Both the position numbers and the translations under genes were made by a program. A DNA stretch of 64,000 bases from an uncultured Gammaproteobacteria bacterium (GTDB lineage Bacteria > Patescibacteriota > Microgenomatia > UBA1406 > GWC2-37-13), in the NCBI GenBank assembly GCA_964530235.1, contig CAZGYB010000004.1:10668-74667 (forward strand). Reading direction: 5' to 3'. The notes under the pieces were generated by a model. That model made no database searches. It saw nothing but the letters and a program-made list of their open reading frames with translations, and had not been told where the DNA came from. Of this stretch, positions 9,305 through 18,687 are shown in pieces (the first letter of the stretch is position 1; the number at the start of each line of letters is the position of its first letter).

Positions 9305-9577
9305 CTAACAGCTCTTTTTTGTCTTTTTTTGAAAATGAGCGTAATTCTTGTGATTGATTGAGAGCATATAAGGTTTTTTTCTATCGAGCGGATAGTTGAT
9401 TTTCTTCAGGCTGTTGATGATTGTTGCAAGAATAGGAAAATCTCCAATCAAGGAGTAACACGGATTTTTACGATAAAACCTAAAAACAAAAGATAAGCTC
9501 GTTGATGGCTTCTTTTTGAATGTGTTGATAATCTGTAGACCGATGAGGTCCACATCCTGCATACTATGGCTTTTCAT
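9305..9577 (-). CDS. hypothetical small basic protein
   Basis: 90-aa ORF. Its ATG lies inside the stop region of the upstream 58-aa ORF, which suggests translational coupling. Confidence 0.3.
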   Translation of the reverse strand: MKSHSMQDVDLIGLQIINTFKKKPSTSLSFVFRFYRKNPCYSLIGDFPILATIINSLKKINYPLDRKKPYMLSINHKNYAHFQKKTKKSC

Positions 9578-9740
9578 ACTTTTGATGTGATGAAATTGGT
9601 AATGGTGAAACTACGTCTTGACCTTTTAAACTTGCTACAATATCTTCAAACAACTGTCGATATACTTCATAAACGCTTTCGTCGTCTGCAAGAACTGAGT
9701 CAAATTGATAATCCAAACTTATTTCTCTTGGCTTTCTCAT
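9564..9740 (-). CDS. hypothetical 58-aa protein (below the ORF-track cutoff)
   Basis: Hand translation gives MRKPREISLDYQFDSVLADDESVYEVYRQLFEDIVASLKGQDVVSPLPISSHQKYEKP*. It fills the gap between 9745..10002 and 9305..9577 and overlaps the next ATG by 14 nt. Confidence 0.3.
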   Translation of the reverse strand: MRKPREISLDYQFDSVLADDESVYEVYRQLFEDIVASLKGQDVVSPLPISSHQKYEKP

Positions 9741-9744
9741 GGTT

Positions 9745-10002
9745 TCAAATCCCCAGATGGATCCGCGTCTTCAGGGTCTTCAGAGCCTCAAAAAGATCCG
9801 AACTGATAACCTTATATTGGCCACTGAGATGAGCTTGAATGATGTTTTGTGCTTGAGAATATGGATCATCGAATACAAAAACATAAGATCGATCATTGAT
9901 TTTTTCTAGCCTTAACAGAGAGAGCTGCTTGGATGCAAGAAATAGCGTTGCGATATACAGATCCTTTATTGAGTATGTATTTGGTTTTGTATTGTCTTTC
10001 AT
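9745..10002 (-). CDS. DUF5659-like small protein
   Basis: 85 aa. YSIKDLYIATLFLASKQLSLLRLEKINDRSYVFVFDD...AQNIIQAHLSGQ resembles the DUF5659 family (common in CPR genomes and phages) as I recall it. Confidence 0.4.
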   Translation of the reverse strand: MKDNTKPNTYSIKDLYIATLFLASKQLSLLRLEKINDRSYVFVFDDPYSQAQNIIQAHLSGQYKVISSDLFEALKTLKTRIHLGI

Positions 10003-10396
10003 CTTTATTGCAATAGAACCGCTTGGATTGAAAGGGTTGCATTGCTGAACCCATAGAGATCACAAGCAAATTGCTCTGATTTACCTATGGGTTCCTGAAG
10101 ACTTGTTGCTTGAGTGCAGTGTCTTGAAGAGTATCCTTGTAAAAAAGGCTTATTTCAGCCTTACATATATATTTTAGACAATAAGATCAAGATTTATTAC
10201 TCGATATTTTATATAATGAGTTTCAGTTCGATCGACCTACAACCCTCTGGTTTTCCAGGTGGCATGGTTGAAATCCAGGTTATGGGACGAGAGCTCCTCG
10301 TCAAGCTTTCCATAACCTGGTCTTATCCCGAAAGGGATATGGGTAGATTCCGAAAGGAGTTTACCGGCTTGCGAGGAGCTTTTTTGTGGAGTATAT

Positions 10397-10828
10397 ATGA
10401 AAAACAAAATTGACGAAAAAGTAGAGAAAAATATGAAAGAACTCGAAGAACTAGCCTCGAGAAAACATCAAATGCCTGTTAAAGATGCTAAAGACATTCT
10501 GAGTAGGTTGGGGAAGACAATTGCAGTTTTAAGTGAATCAATGTTATTCCCACTTGCTTTCCCAATTTCATATTTACCTGACGACCCAGAGTCTATTAAG
10601 AGTGCATTTGGAGTGATGTTTGCGACAACAGATGCAAATAGTATTGAAAGACATAATTTATATCAACGATATGCTATTTTTGTCGAATTTGAAGATGATT
10701 CAAAAGCTATGGGGAAAAATGCAAAAGTTATAAAGATGGAGGGTTTTCTGGATTGGGTAGATGATGAAAAAAATACATTAAAAATTCAATCAAAGAAAAA
10801 TGAGAAAAAATCTGATCTTCTACCTTGA
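10397..10828 (+). CDS. hypothetical protein
   Basis: 143-aa ORF preceded by a structured leader. No motif recognised. Confidence 0.4.
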   Translation: MKNKIDEKVEKNMKELEELASRKHQMPVKDAKDILSRLGKTIAVLSESMLFPLAFPISYLPDDPESIKSAFGVMFATTDANSIERHNLYQRYAIFVEFEDDSKAMGKNAKVIKMEGFLDWVDDEKNTLKIQSKKNEKKSDLLP

Positions 10829-10992
10829 CATATTTATAAGTTGTATAGCAGTATATTTCTGGCTCAGCAATCTGTATTACCTTATTTTCATTCAACAGTC
10901 GCTCGTCGACAAGATAATGACAGGGCGTATAGTTGGGGAGGTGATCGCATTATATCTTCCCATGCGAGTACTCATGAAAGTAGGGAAACCTG

Positions 10993-11394
10993 TTATGAAG
11001 TAGTAGTGGGAGAAATCTGAGTCACCCCCTTGTTGGTTTCTATTGTAACTACTGAGAGCTTGGGTCCCTCCTGACGTTTTTGCCCAATAAGAAGTTCAAG
11101 CAGATACGCATGTGCCTTCCAATCCCTACTCTTTTCTATGGCTTGAATGTGTGTATCGATATCTTCGGCAAGAAGACGCTGAATTTCGGGCATTTTCAGC
11201 CAAGATTGGACCGTTTCAGGACGTACACCGATAGTTCGAGCACACATACGAAGACTGGAGAACTTTCCCTCCTGAATCAACTTTTTTAGGAGCCCATATG
11301 CACGCCTCTTATACACAACAGGCTTGTTGGGTGTACGAATTTGATATATTTCACAGGGCAAAGGAACGCAGGAGTTTGTATTATATGATGGCAT
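10993..11394 (-). CDS. helix-turn-helix DNA-binding protein (phage-like)
   Basis: 133-aa ORF. SLRMCARTIGVRPETVQSWLK is a plausible HTH. Its size and position resemble small phage regulators or terminase small subunits. Confidence 0.35.
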   Translation of the reverse strand: MPSYNTNSCVPLPCEIYQIRTPNKPVVYKRRAYGLLKKLIQEGKFSSLRMCARTIGVRPETVQSWLKMPEIQRLLAEDIDTHIQAIEKSRDWKAHAYLLELLIGQKRQEGPKLSVVTIETNKGVTQISPTTTS

Positions 11395-11455
11395 TTACCT
11401 CATTTTATAGATTATCTTGACAATTTATTATCCGAAAAAGTTAAAATTATATTTA

Positions 11456-12580
11456 TTATTTCCATTTTCCTGAATCATCATAGTTCCGCGACCCATCGAA
11501 TCCAAATGCGTTCCAAATAAGATCAAAACTTGATTTCATGATATCCGTCGAATCTGTCTGATATGCTTCTATCATGGTGGAGGGCAAGAAGAGGTGGTCT
11601 TTATTTAGCTTGCTTCTACGGTATGAGTTAGTGCTCAACATATAGTTTCGAACTCCACATAATGATAAAGAACAAAGAATGGGGATGTTTATTCCAATTT
11701 TTTTGTAGAACGATAGATATCTTCTTAAAGCCGTAGTCAGTCGAACTTCATATTCACGACTTGGAATTGAAGGGGTCTCATCAACTGTATGGGACAATAA
11801 AGTTGCATCCACCGCTTCGATGATTCCATTTGTATACAACTGTACGTATGAGAAAGTGTTTTGATCTGCGTCTCGAGTATATATGAGTTGACCTTCAAAG
11901 TTCCGTTGATGACTCCATCCGTTTTGAAAGATAGGTGCCAAATCATTTTCAAATCCCCATTTTTTTATATCAACCTGAAAATTGTCAGAATACGACTCTA
12001 GGGGGATTAAGTGTAAGGCCAACTTTCCACCTTTCCACATTGGAATTGGAAGTTCATCAGAAAGTATTTTTAGTCTCCTTTCGTCTACAAAATTACCAAC
12101 CCTATCACGAAGTGTCTGAGAAGAAGTAAATATCGATCGTAACTCTTCTGTATCCAGCGGGTATTTTCCAGCGGTGTTACGTGCATAGAATTTGTCCCAA
12201 GATTTAAAGATAATTCTATGTGGAGGGTTCCAGCCCTTTTCAACATTCAACAATAGCACATACCCATCTCCTATTTTCACCTCGATAAGAGAGTATTTCA
12301 ATCGTGGCTTAATTCCTGAAGCTATTATTCCATCAATTTTAAGTTTTAGACTGTCCATATCGTCTACAATCATCGGCTTAAGCTCAACCGGCAATCCACC
12401 ATCTTCTCTGACTCCAAAGACCAATTGCCCTCCTATTGTGTTTGCAAACGATGATACATCGGCCAAAAACTCCTTTTTATCACTCTCTGTGTCAATAGTA
12501 ATTTCTTTTTTATATTCAAGAGTTTTTCCCTCTGGAGGACCTTCTGAAACTAAGTTTTGAATTTGATCTATTTTTATCAT
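11456..12580 (-). CDS. Schlafen/AlbA_2 domain protein (putative nucleic-acid-binding, defence-like)
   Basis: The N-terminus EGKTLEYKKEI....KEFLADVSSFANTIGGQLVFGVREDG matches the AlbA_2 (divergent AAA-4/Schlafen) signature ExK...l.sAFANt.GG.l.iGV.D.G. The C-terminal 220 aa are unknown. Confidence 0.6.
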   Translation of the reverse strand: MIKIDQIQNLVSEGPPEGKTLEYKKEITIDTESDKKEFLADVSSFANTIGGQLVFGVREDGGLPVELKPMIVDDMDSLKLKIDGIIASGIKPRLKYSLIEVKIGDGYVLLLNVEKGWNPPHRIIFKSWDKFYARNTAGKYPLDTEELRSIFTSSQTLRDRVGNFVDERRLKILSDELPIPMWKGGKLALHLIPLESYSDNFQVDIKKWGFENDLAPIFQNGWSHQRNFEGQLIYTRDADQNTFSYVQLYTNGIIEAVDATLLSHTVDETPSIPSREYEVRLTTALRRYLSFYKKIGINIPILCSLSLCGVRNYMLSTNSYRRSKLNKDHLFLPSTMIEAYQTDSTDIMKSSFDLIWNAFGFDGSRNYDDSGKWK

Positions 12581-12952
12581 AGCTATGTGATGAAAAATTA
12601 TATTTGACCTGTATATGTCAAACTTGGGTCAATCATATACCCAGCTTTTATTTCATGTCAAGTGTTCTTAAAAATCGTCCCACAAATTGAGATGTTTATA
12701 TATACCGTATGTGCTATTTGGAACCAAAGCATTTGAAAAGGGTTATATTGATTTCAGACTGTTCTGACGAGTAATTATAGTATGCATATTTTAACCTTGA
12801 GGCTAGAATACGGCTTATAAGCAACAATTTGAAGCTAAAATGCATGGTATTTTTCTTAAAACAAAATACTTGAAAACCATTGAAGCGTTGTGTATATTCG
12901 GGTCAGTATAATTTCTTGAACAAAGAAATGAATTATGAGTTGAGCATAAGAA

Positions 12953-13921
12953 ATGATTATCGGTGTTGACGAAACAGGTTTTTTCAAAGGAACGAATAGC
13001 GAACAGTTTGGACTTGTTACTCTTGTTTCGGTAACGGATTCAGAATGGAACAATTTTCAGGAGTATGTAAATCAAAATTTCCCAAAGGCATTTGAAACCA
13101 CGAAAGGGAATAATATTGCATTTGCTGATAGGGTAAAAATAATTAAATATATAGGTCGACATCCTGAGATAAAATACACGACATTTATATACCAGATCAA
13201 TACAGTAGATAAGGGGCTGGTAGAAGAACATCAACGCCGACAAGCGGCAAAACTTCAAAACTGGATTTTTGATCATTTATCCACAGCAGAACCCTCATTG
13301 ATAGATGAAATTAACTTACTGTGTAATCAAATAAACAATTTAAGTGAGAGCGATTATGCCAAATTCTCATTCATAACAAACGCATTTATTGAATGGCAAC
13401 AATATTTCCTTTTTGATTATATTTACACTCATCGAACAAGAGATAAATGGTATATGGAGCATGTGATCGATACGCAAAATAAGCCAGAAAAGTTCAGAAA
13501 ATTAGTTGTGCACACCATACAATTGACTGCCAATGGATATAATCCGGGCTTTTCCGTTAAAACACCAGCGGAATGGGATTCTACTCATCCATATTTACAA
13601 AATCATGCGGTAGATGGAGATGTCACATTGCAAAACGGAAGAATATTTTTCAGAAATATGAAAATTGGCTCAGAACAGACAGATCCTATCTTATTCATTC
13701 CAGACTTGATTGGTAATACAATATTTAATTCAATTCTTCACCCCAATAAGTCAGCATGGTTGAGAATGCTTGCGAGATTAAAACAAAATAGGTCGTTAGT
13801 TATGACACAAAGAGGTAGAGATGATTACTATTATGTTGTAAGCGGATTCAATGGGGCAAGGGTTCGTTCAGATGTGAGTAGGACAATAAAGGCACATTTC
13901 CACGCAATGCGGATCTACTAA
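12953..13921 (+). CDS. DUF3800-like protein
   Basis: It begins MIIGVDETGFF, like the DUF3800 N-terminal (y)iDESG motif. 322 aa, no other motif recognised. Confidence 0.35.
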   Translation: MIIGVDETGFFKGTNSEQFGLVTLVSVTDSEWNNFQEYVNQNFPKAFETTKGNNIAFADRVKIIKYIGRHPEIKYTTFIYQINTVDKGLVEEHQRRQAAKLQNWIFDHLSTAEPSLIDEINLLCNQINNLSESDYAKFSFITNAFIEWQQYFLFDYIYTHRTRDKWYMEHVIDTQNKPEKFRKLVVHTIQLTANGYNPGFSVKTPAEWDSTHPYLQNHAVDGDVTLQNGRIFFRNMKIGSEQTDPILFIPDLIGNTIFNSILHPNKSAWLRMLARLKQNRSLVMTQRGRDDYYYVVSGFNGARVRSDVSRTIKAHFHAMRIY

Positions 13922-14196
13922 GCTACCTAGTCATATCGAGCAAAGGTTTTGAGTGTATTATCTCGCCTAAAATGTTTCTTTCTGTGATGATTCTTGCCTT
14001 TCTGGGATGGGGAAGTGTGAACTTTATGAGGAAAGGGAAGCTATTGTATCGGGTAGTGTTCCATCTGTACCTATTGATAGTTTCATAAGAGTTCATTATA
14101 GCAAACGCATAGAAATCAAAAAATAACGGTTATCTAAATCGTTCTATCGCTCCGTATTGCACCTCGTAGGTGTAATTGTAGATGTAATTAGTTTTA

Positions 14197-14226
14197 TTGC
14201 AAAGTTATTAAGTAACTTTGTATAAT
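14197..14226 (+). promoter_or_regulatory. sigma70-like promoter
   Basis: TTGCAA (14197-14202), an 18-nt spacer, then TATAAT (14221-14226), 8 nt before the ATG at 14235. Confidence 0.35.
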
Positions 14227-14234
14227 GAAATTAT

Positions 14235-14474
14235 ATGGAAATCCAAACAATTTTTTATACCCTTGCAAGTATGTTCATGGTGATGGGAATAGTGTTAGTA
14301 ATCAGCATTTTTTTTATTCTGTGGCGTTTGGAAAAGTCTGTCCTGGCCTTTAAAAAAAAGGCAGTAGACAATTTGACAAAAGTGGTTGACCAGAAAAAAC
14401 TTGTTGGTCTTCTTTCTGTGTTTGGTCTTGGACTCAAATGGTTTATGGAGCGGAAAAACAGAAAAACTACATAA
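14235..14474 (+). CDS. small membrane protein
   Basis: 79 aa with two hydrophobic helices (FYTLASMFMVMGIVLVISIFFILW and LVGLLSVFGLGL). Confidence 0.35.
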   Translation: MEIQTIFYTLASMFMVMGIVLVISIFFILWRLEKSVLAFKKKAVDNLTKVVDQKKLVGLLSVFGLGLKWFMERKNRKTT

Positions 14475-14548
14475 AAATCTTTTCTTATCGCTTCAAGTAA
14501 TACCTTGTAGGAGTAATTAAAACAATTGTAATTTGATATACTCATAGT

Positions 14549-16423
14549 ATGTCACATATTACAGAAAAACCCGCTGTTCCGGTAAAAACAATTGAACAAC
14601 CAGGAATTCCAAGAACAAATGCACTAAATGAAAAAGCATTGTCCGATCAATTGTTAGCTGCAATGAGTTCGGATCGGATTAGTGCCGGGGGTAATTCACG
14701 GGATCTTTTACATGCTGTTGCAGGAGGTGGTGATAGGCCTGATGCAAATATTCAATCTGAAACTCCCGCAGAGTTAAGAAACAAACGGGTGGTGGGAGAG
14801 TTGCGATCACAGCTTGAGAATAAATACAAAGAGTCAAATGATCCAAAAGTAAAAAGCGCTTTGGAATATTTTTCCCAACCAAATCGCGAAAGGGGCAATC
14901 TTACTCCGCTTGATGAAATTGCCTCAATGTACTCATTACTAGAAAATGCAGATGAACAGGTGGTAACAGAACATGCATCCCGGGTTACTGAATTTGCATT
15001 TAATCAACAACTTGATAATCCCGAGGAATACGTTTCACATGGATTTGATCACACGTTAAACGTATTGACGCATTACCGGGAAATTATTGCAAATAATCCT
15101 CAATATATTGATACGATAGCAAAAAAATATGACATATCACAAAGTGAAGCACGATTTTTAGCGGATATGGTAGCGGTATATCATGATTTTGGGTATCCTG
15201 CTGCTGGTGCGAAGCAACTGGGAAAAGCCGTGCATGCACTTGAGGGAGCAGTTATTGCAGCTCGAGAGGATTTTGTTGGTTTACTACAAAATCCAAGTAT
15301 TCATATCCGACATGATTTTCGGGATGCAGTTTTGTATCATGGCGCCGATAAAGTTGAAGCAACATATGAGCGAAAAGTTCAGACGAAACAGGGAGAGATA
15401 CTCATGAATAGAGGACAAACAATTCGGTTGGTAACCCAGCTGGAGGAGAACCAAGCCGATTTAGAGGATGTTCGCGTTGAGGTTGAGGATAGTGACGCTA
15501 AAGATCGTATTATGAAACTTGCGAATGAACGGAAACTTCCGATAAATGCAGATAATATACGGGTAAGGGAAGGAAGTAGTGGACTTGGAGGAAGAAAGGT
15601 GGATCTGGAACAGAAAGGAGATGCTGCTTTGGGAATAGAATATAAGGAAGTAGAGGTTGATCAAGATCCGCTTCTTGCAATGATACGGATTGCCGATAAT
15701 ATGGATATGTTGGCTGAGCGGTTTAGCCCTGCCCAGCGTGAGCCTGCTTTTCAAGAGATATATCATCATTTAGGAGATAAGCGTGAACCGCAATGTCAAG
15801 CATATTATGAAATTCAGGGATTAGCAAAACAGGCACAAAAAGACGGTCAAGAAGCAGGTACTACCTCACTTCCAGACAGGGCTGCAATTGAAGCAAAACT
15901 AAAAGCAGTTGCGTCTTTGGATCCCAATGAAATTAAACTATTTTGCGATTCTTTTTTTGCCGAGCAAACATCAGGTAAACCTAAAACATTCAACGATTTG
16001 GAAAAGGCTTGGAAAATGCATGTAGCCGAGTCGATACTTAATCAGGAAAAATATAGAGATATGGATGTTCAAACAAGAGAAAAAGTTCTTGCAATGGCAA
16101 ATAAACAAACAGGGGAATCGTTTAGACATTTTGGTGGTTGCGAGGCGGTGACCGGCATTCAACTTGTTGACGGGAAAATAATTGTCGATGTCGATGCAAA
16201 AAAGTACGATGATTTATCGCAGACGTATGCCGATGAAAAAAGCAGTAATGGATCTGAAATTCAGGTACCGGTTGCAGATTACCAAATTTGGCGGATGTGG
16301 AGTGCGTTACAATGTGTAAAAGTACAAGCTGGATCAGAAAAGGGAATTCCAATTTTTGTACGAAAAATACAGGATGGAAATTCAGAAAAACCGGTTGTAT
16401 GGCTCAATCCTGAAACCCGCTGA
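14549..16423 (+). CDS. HD-domain phosphohydrolase-superfamily protein with long N- and C-terminal extensions
   Basis: Ordered HD-superfamily motifs: HGFDHTLNV, AVYHDFGYP, HALEGAVIA, VLYHGADK, IRIADNMD. Confidence 0.6.
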   Translation: MSHITEKPAVPVKTIEQPGIPRTNALNEKALSDQLLAAMSSDRISAGGNSRDLLHAVAGGGDRPDANIQSETPAELRNKRVVGELRSQLENKYKESNDPKVKSALEYFSQPNRERGNLTPLDEIASMYSLLENADEQVVTEHASRVTEFAFNQQLDNPEEYVSHGFDHTLNVLTHYREIIANNPQYIDTIAKKYDISQSEARFLADMVAVYHDFGYPAAGAKQLGKAVHALEGAVIAAREDFVGLLQNPSIHIRHDFRDAVLYHGADKVEATYERKVQTKQGEILMNRGQTIRLVTQLEENQADLEDVRVEVEDSDAKDRIMKLANERKLPINADNIRVREGSSGLGGRKVDLEQKGDAALGIEYKEVEVDQDPLLAMIRIADNMDMLAERFSPAQREPAFQEIYHHLGDKREPQCQAYYEIQGLAKQAQKDGQEAGTTSLPDRAAIEAKLKAVASLDPNEIKLFCDSFFAEQTSGKPKTFNDLEKAWKMHVAESILNQEKYRDMDVQTREKVLAMANKQTGESFRHFGGCEAVTGIQLVDGKIIVDVDAKKYDDLSQTYADEKSSNGSEIQVPVADYQIWRMWSALQCVKVQAGSEKGIPIFVRKIQDGNSEKPVVWLNPETR

Positions 16424-16430
16424 TTAAATC

Positions 16431-18629
16431 TTAATTGATTATTTCAAATTTCTGCCCTTTGACCGTGTATCGGTGCACCGGAATACCTTGATTTTGTATC
16501 ACGTCAAGTCGGGCATCATATACATTTGAATGTTCACCTGGATCATTATGATAGCCGATAAGAACGGGGATACCCTTTTCAGTTAATCGTTGAATAAATT
16601 GTATCATAGACTGCCAGGAAGAAGCGTCTTTAACATCAGTATCAAAATTATCAAGCATCAGCACTTTCGCTGAACCAAAAAGTGCATGGCTACCCGTTGC
16701 TGCAAGGGCATACCGTTTTCTGAAGTATGAATCGGTACTTGTCCAGTTGCCGAGTTCAAAGGCGTCAAGCTCCGCTTGAGAAAACAGTCCGGATTCATAC
16801 AGAAAAGTTCGAATTTGCAGTTCGCTCAGGCTTGGGTGGAACGAGGGGATCGGATCGTTGACAGAAACCCCTCCGCACCGTTCATAATGTACCGGATGTT
16901 CATCTCCGGTATGGAGATCTAAGATAGATCCGTCGCGATTTTTTTGAAGCGCAATGCCTCGGGGATGATTTATTCTGTCTGAAAGAGCACCAAGAATTCT
17001 GCTGAGTCCAGCATGCTGGGGAAGTTCAAGCAGTGTTACACCGGGGCGAAGGAGAAGCTCTGTATTGCGAAGTAGTATGTTGCCTTCGATGCCAAGACTG
17101 TAACCAGTAAAAAGCGCAGATCCGGCAGGTTCTGCCTGGAGTTTTTGTACCGCAGCTTCTATTTCCTCGGGTGAATACTTTCCCGCGAGTGCTTCGCAGT
17201 GCTGTTTCCATAACGCAGGAGTGCCAATGCTTAAGTCAAACATGCGTAAAAGTTCTCGGAATAAAATCAAGGAAGCTCGGCCTGCGTGGATATCAGATAA
17301 TTCGGAAAGATTCTCCGTATGATGACCTGCGACCATTGCAATAACTGCAGTCTCAGGCAGGTTTAAACCCGCTGCATTTGCAATGGCGGGAAGATACCGG
17401 CCCAATGCTGAGATAAAATGGCTGCCCAAGTGAAGTGTGTCGCCTGTTGGTCTAAAAGGGTTCGCACGAATGAGGGGTTGAAAATAAAGAGTAAGTGCGA
17501 TTGAAGAACCAAGTATAAATGACATCAATTGATAATTTCCTGAGAGCGCAAGCGCACCAGATATACTCAGAGTTGGCGCCATAGCTTCTTCTACCTGGGG
17601 AGGAATACCTTCTGCTTCAGCAAGCGCCCCTGCGATAGATTGGAGTTGTTTACTCAGGTCACCAGGAGTCAATCCATGCATGCGTGCATCAGACTTATAA
17701 CGTTCACTTAAATAATCTATTATTGGCTCAAGTCCGGCACCGGCCGTTTTTTGTGCACGCTTTTCATAGTATTCAGTGAGGGCTTCAGTGAGGATAAGTC
17801 CGGAAACCAGCAAAAAATTGAGACCATTAAAACGATTCGGCTGTTGAGTTTGAATTCGCGAAACAGTGAGACCTTCGTATAAACTTTGAATAAGTATCAT
17901 TACCCTTTCCATAAGTCTTCGTTTTACCGTGTCTTTTTCAAAAGTATCAACTATTTTAGGGTCGACAAATTTTCGGAGTATATCAAAATCCGGACCTTGA
18001 AGACGGTATTCTGTTCCGGATGGATAAGAGCTTAAGAAACGTTGTATGACTCGTTCAAGCGGTTTGCGTGTTGACTGGGTGAGTTGAGGTTTTTCAGGCA
18101 GAAGCACTGCTTTACAGCGGGGATCAACAGTGAGATGGCCGAGTCCAATATTTGGCGGTGCAACACGGTATCTTTGGTTTGTTTCCAGATGTTTTTTAAG
18201 ATCTTGTTCAGAGAGTATTATAATACTCGTATCTCGCATTTGAAATAGGTGTGTCATCAGCCAGCCGGATGTATTGTAGTCCAAAGCAACAGAAAAAACA
18301 TCAAACTCCCCCCGTTCATCCAATCCGGCTCCTTCATATGCTGCAGCAAAATGAGGAGGTGGATATTTTTTTTGCTTAAATTCTTGAACTAGCGGTTCGA
18401 AGTGCTTATACAGCGTTCCGTTGATATTGTATCGATCGGGATGTTCTAAGTCAGTGGGTTGGCAGGTGAAAGGAGCAAGCTGCAGGCCAACTCTTTGAAA
18501 TGCGTATCCTCCTCCAAAAGCAGGGTGAACTTGTATTAAACAAAGAGCAACCGGAGATAAGTTTGGCTCACGTTCGGGTACCGGTTGTTGTTCCGTTGTC
18601 ATACAAGGGCAAGGCGCATAGTATACCAA
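16431..18629 (-). CDS. large hypothetical protein with a degenerate ABC-ATPase-like C-terminal domain
   Basis: 732-aa ORF; the start is probably MTTEQQ, 9 codons in. The C-terminal ~220 aa show ABC NBD spacing with degenerate motifs (see findings). Confidence 0.55.
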   Translation of the reverse strand: MVYYAPCPCMTTEQQPVPEREPNLSPVALCLIQVHPAFGGGYAFQRVGLQLAPFTCQPTDLEHPDRYNINGTLYKHFEPLVQEFKQKKYPPPHFAAAYEGAGLDERGEFDVFSVALDYNTSGWLMTHLFQMRDTSIIILSEQDLKKHLETNQRYRVAPPNIGLGHLTVDPRCKAVLLPEKPQLTQSTRKPLERVIQRFLSSYPSGTEYRLQGPDFDILRKFVDPKIVDTFEKDTVKRRLMERVMILIQSLYEGLTVSRIQTQQPNRFNGLNFLLVSGLILTEALTEYYEKRAQKTAGAGLEPIIDYLSERYKSDARMHGLTPGDLSKQLQSIAGALAEAEGIPPQVEEAMAPTLSISGALALSGNYQLMSFILGSSIALTLYFQPLIRANPFRPTGDTLHLGSHFISALGRYLPAIANAAGLNLPETAVIAMVAGHHTENLSELSDIHAGRASLILFRELLRMFDLSIGTPALWKQHCEALAGKYSPEEIEAAVQKLQAEPAGSALFTGYSLGIEGNILLRNTELLLRPGVTLLELPQHAGLSRILGALSDRINHPRGIALQKNRDGSILDLHTGDEHPVHYERCGGVSVNDPIPSFHPSLSELQIRTFLYESGLFSQAELDAFELGNWTSTDSYFRKRYALAATGSHALFGSAKVLMLDNFDTDVKDASSWQSMIQFIQRLTEKGIPVLIGYHNDPGEHSNVYDARLDVIQNQGIPVHRYTVKGQKFEIIN

Positions 18630-18687
18630 AAAAATCCCTTTATCTCAATCTAAATATGTATTCATAATCAATTAGTATAATAAGATT

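Larger units (their letters stand above)
7086..13921. mobile_element. putative integrated element / genomic island led by the serine recombinase; right boundary not defined
   Basis: The recombinase abuts and overlaps the ychF 5' end. It is followed by AT-richer DNA with small phage-like ORFs (SpoVG-like, DUF5659-like, HTH) and defence-like cargo. No att duplication could be found by eye. Confidence 0.4.

Noticed and set aside
10114-10413. 99-aa ORF (internal Met MSFSSIDL...) as a real protein gene.
   Set aside because: This is not fully excluded. However, the stretch is packed with perfect 6-11-bp stems and GAAA tetraloops and ends in a U-run just before the next ATG, which fits an RNA element better than a coding sequence.
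13922-14234. Right-hand att site or duplicated ychF 5' fragment marking the end of the recombinase island.
   Set aside because: I compared the sequence around 7086-7170 with 13.9-14.3 kb by eye and found no shared segment, so the island's right boundary is left undefined.
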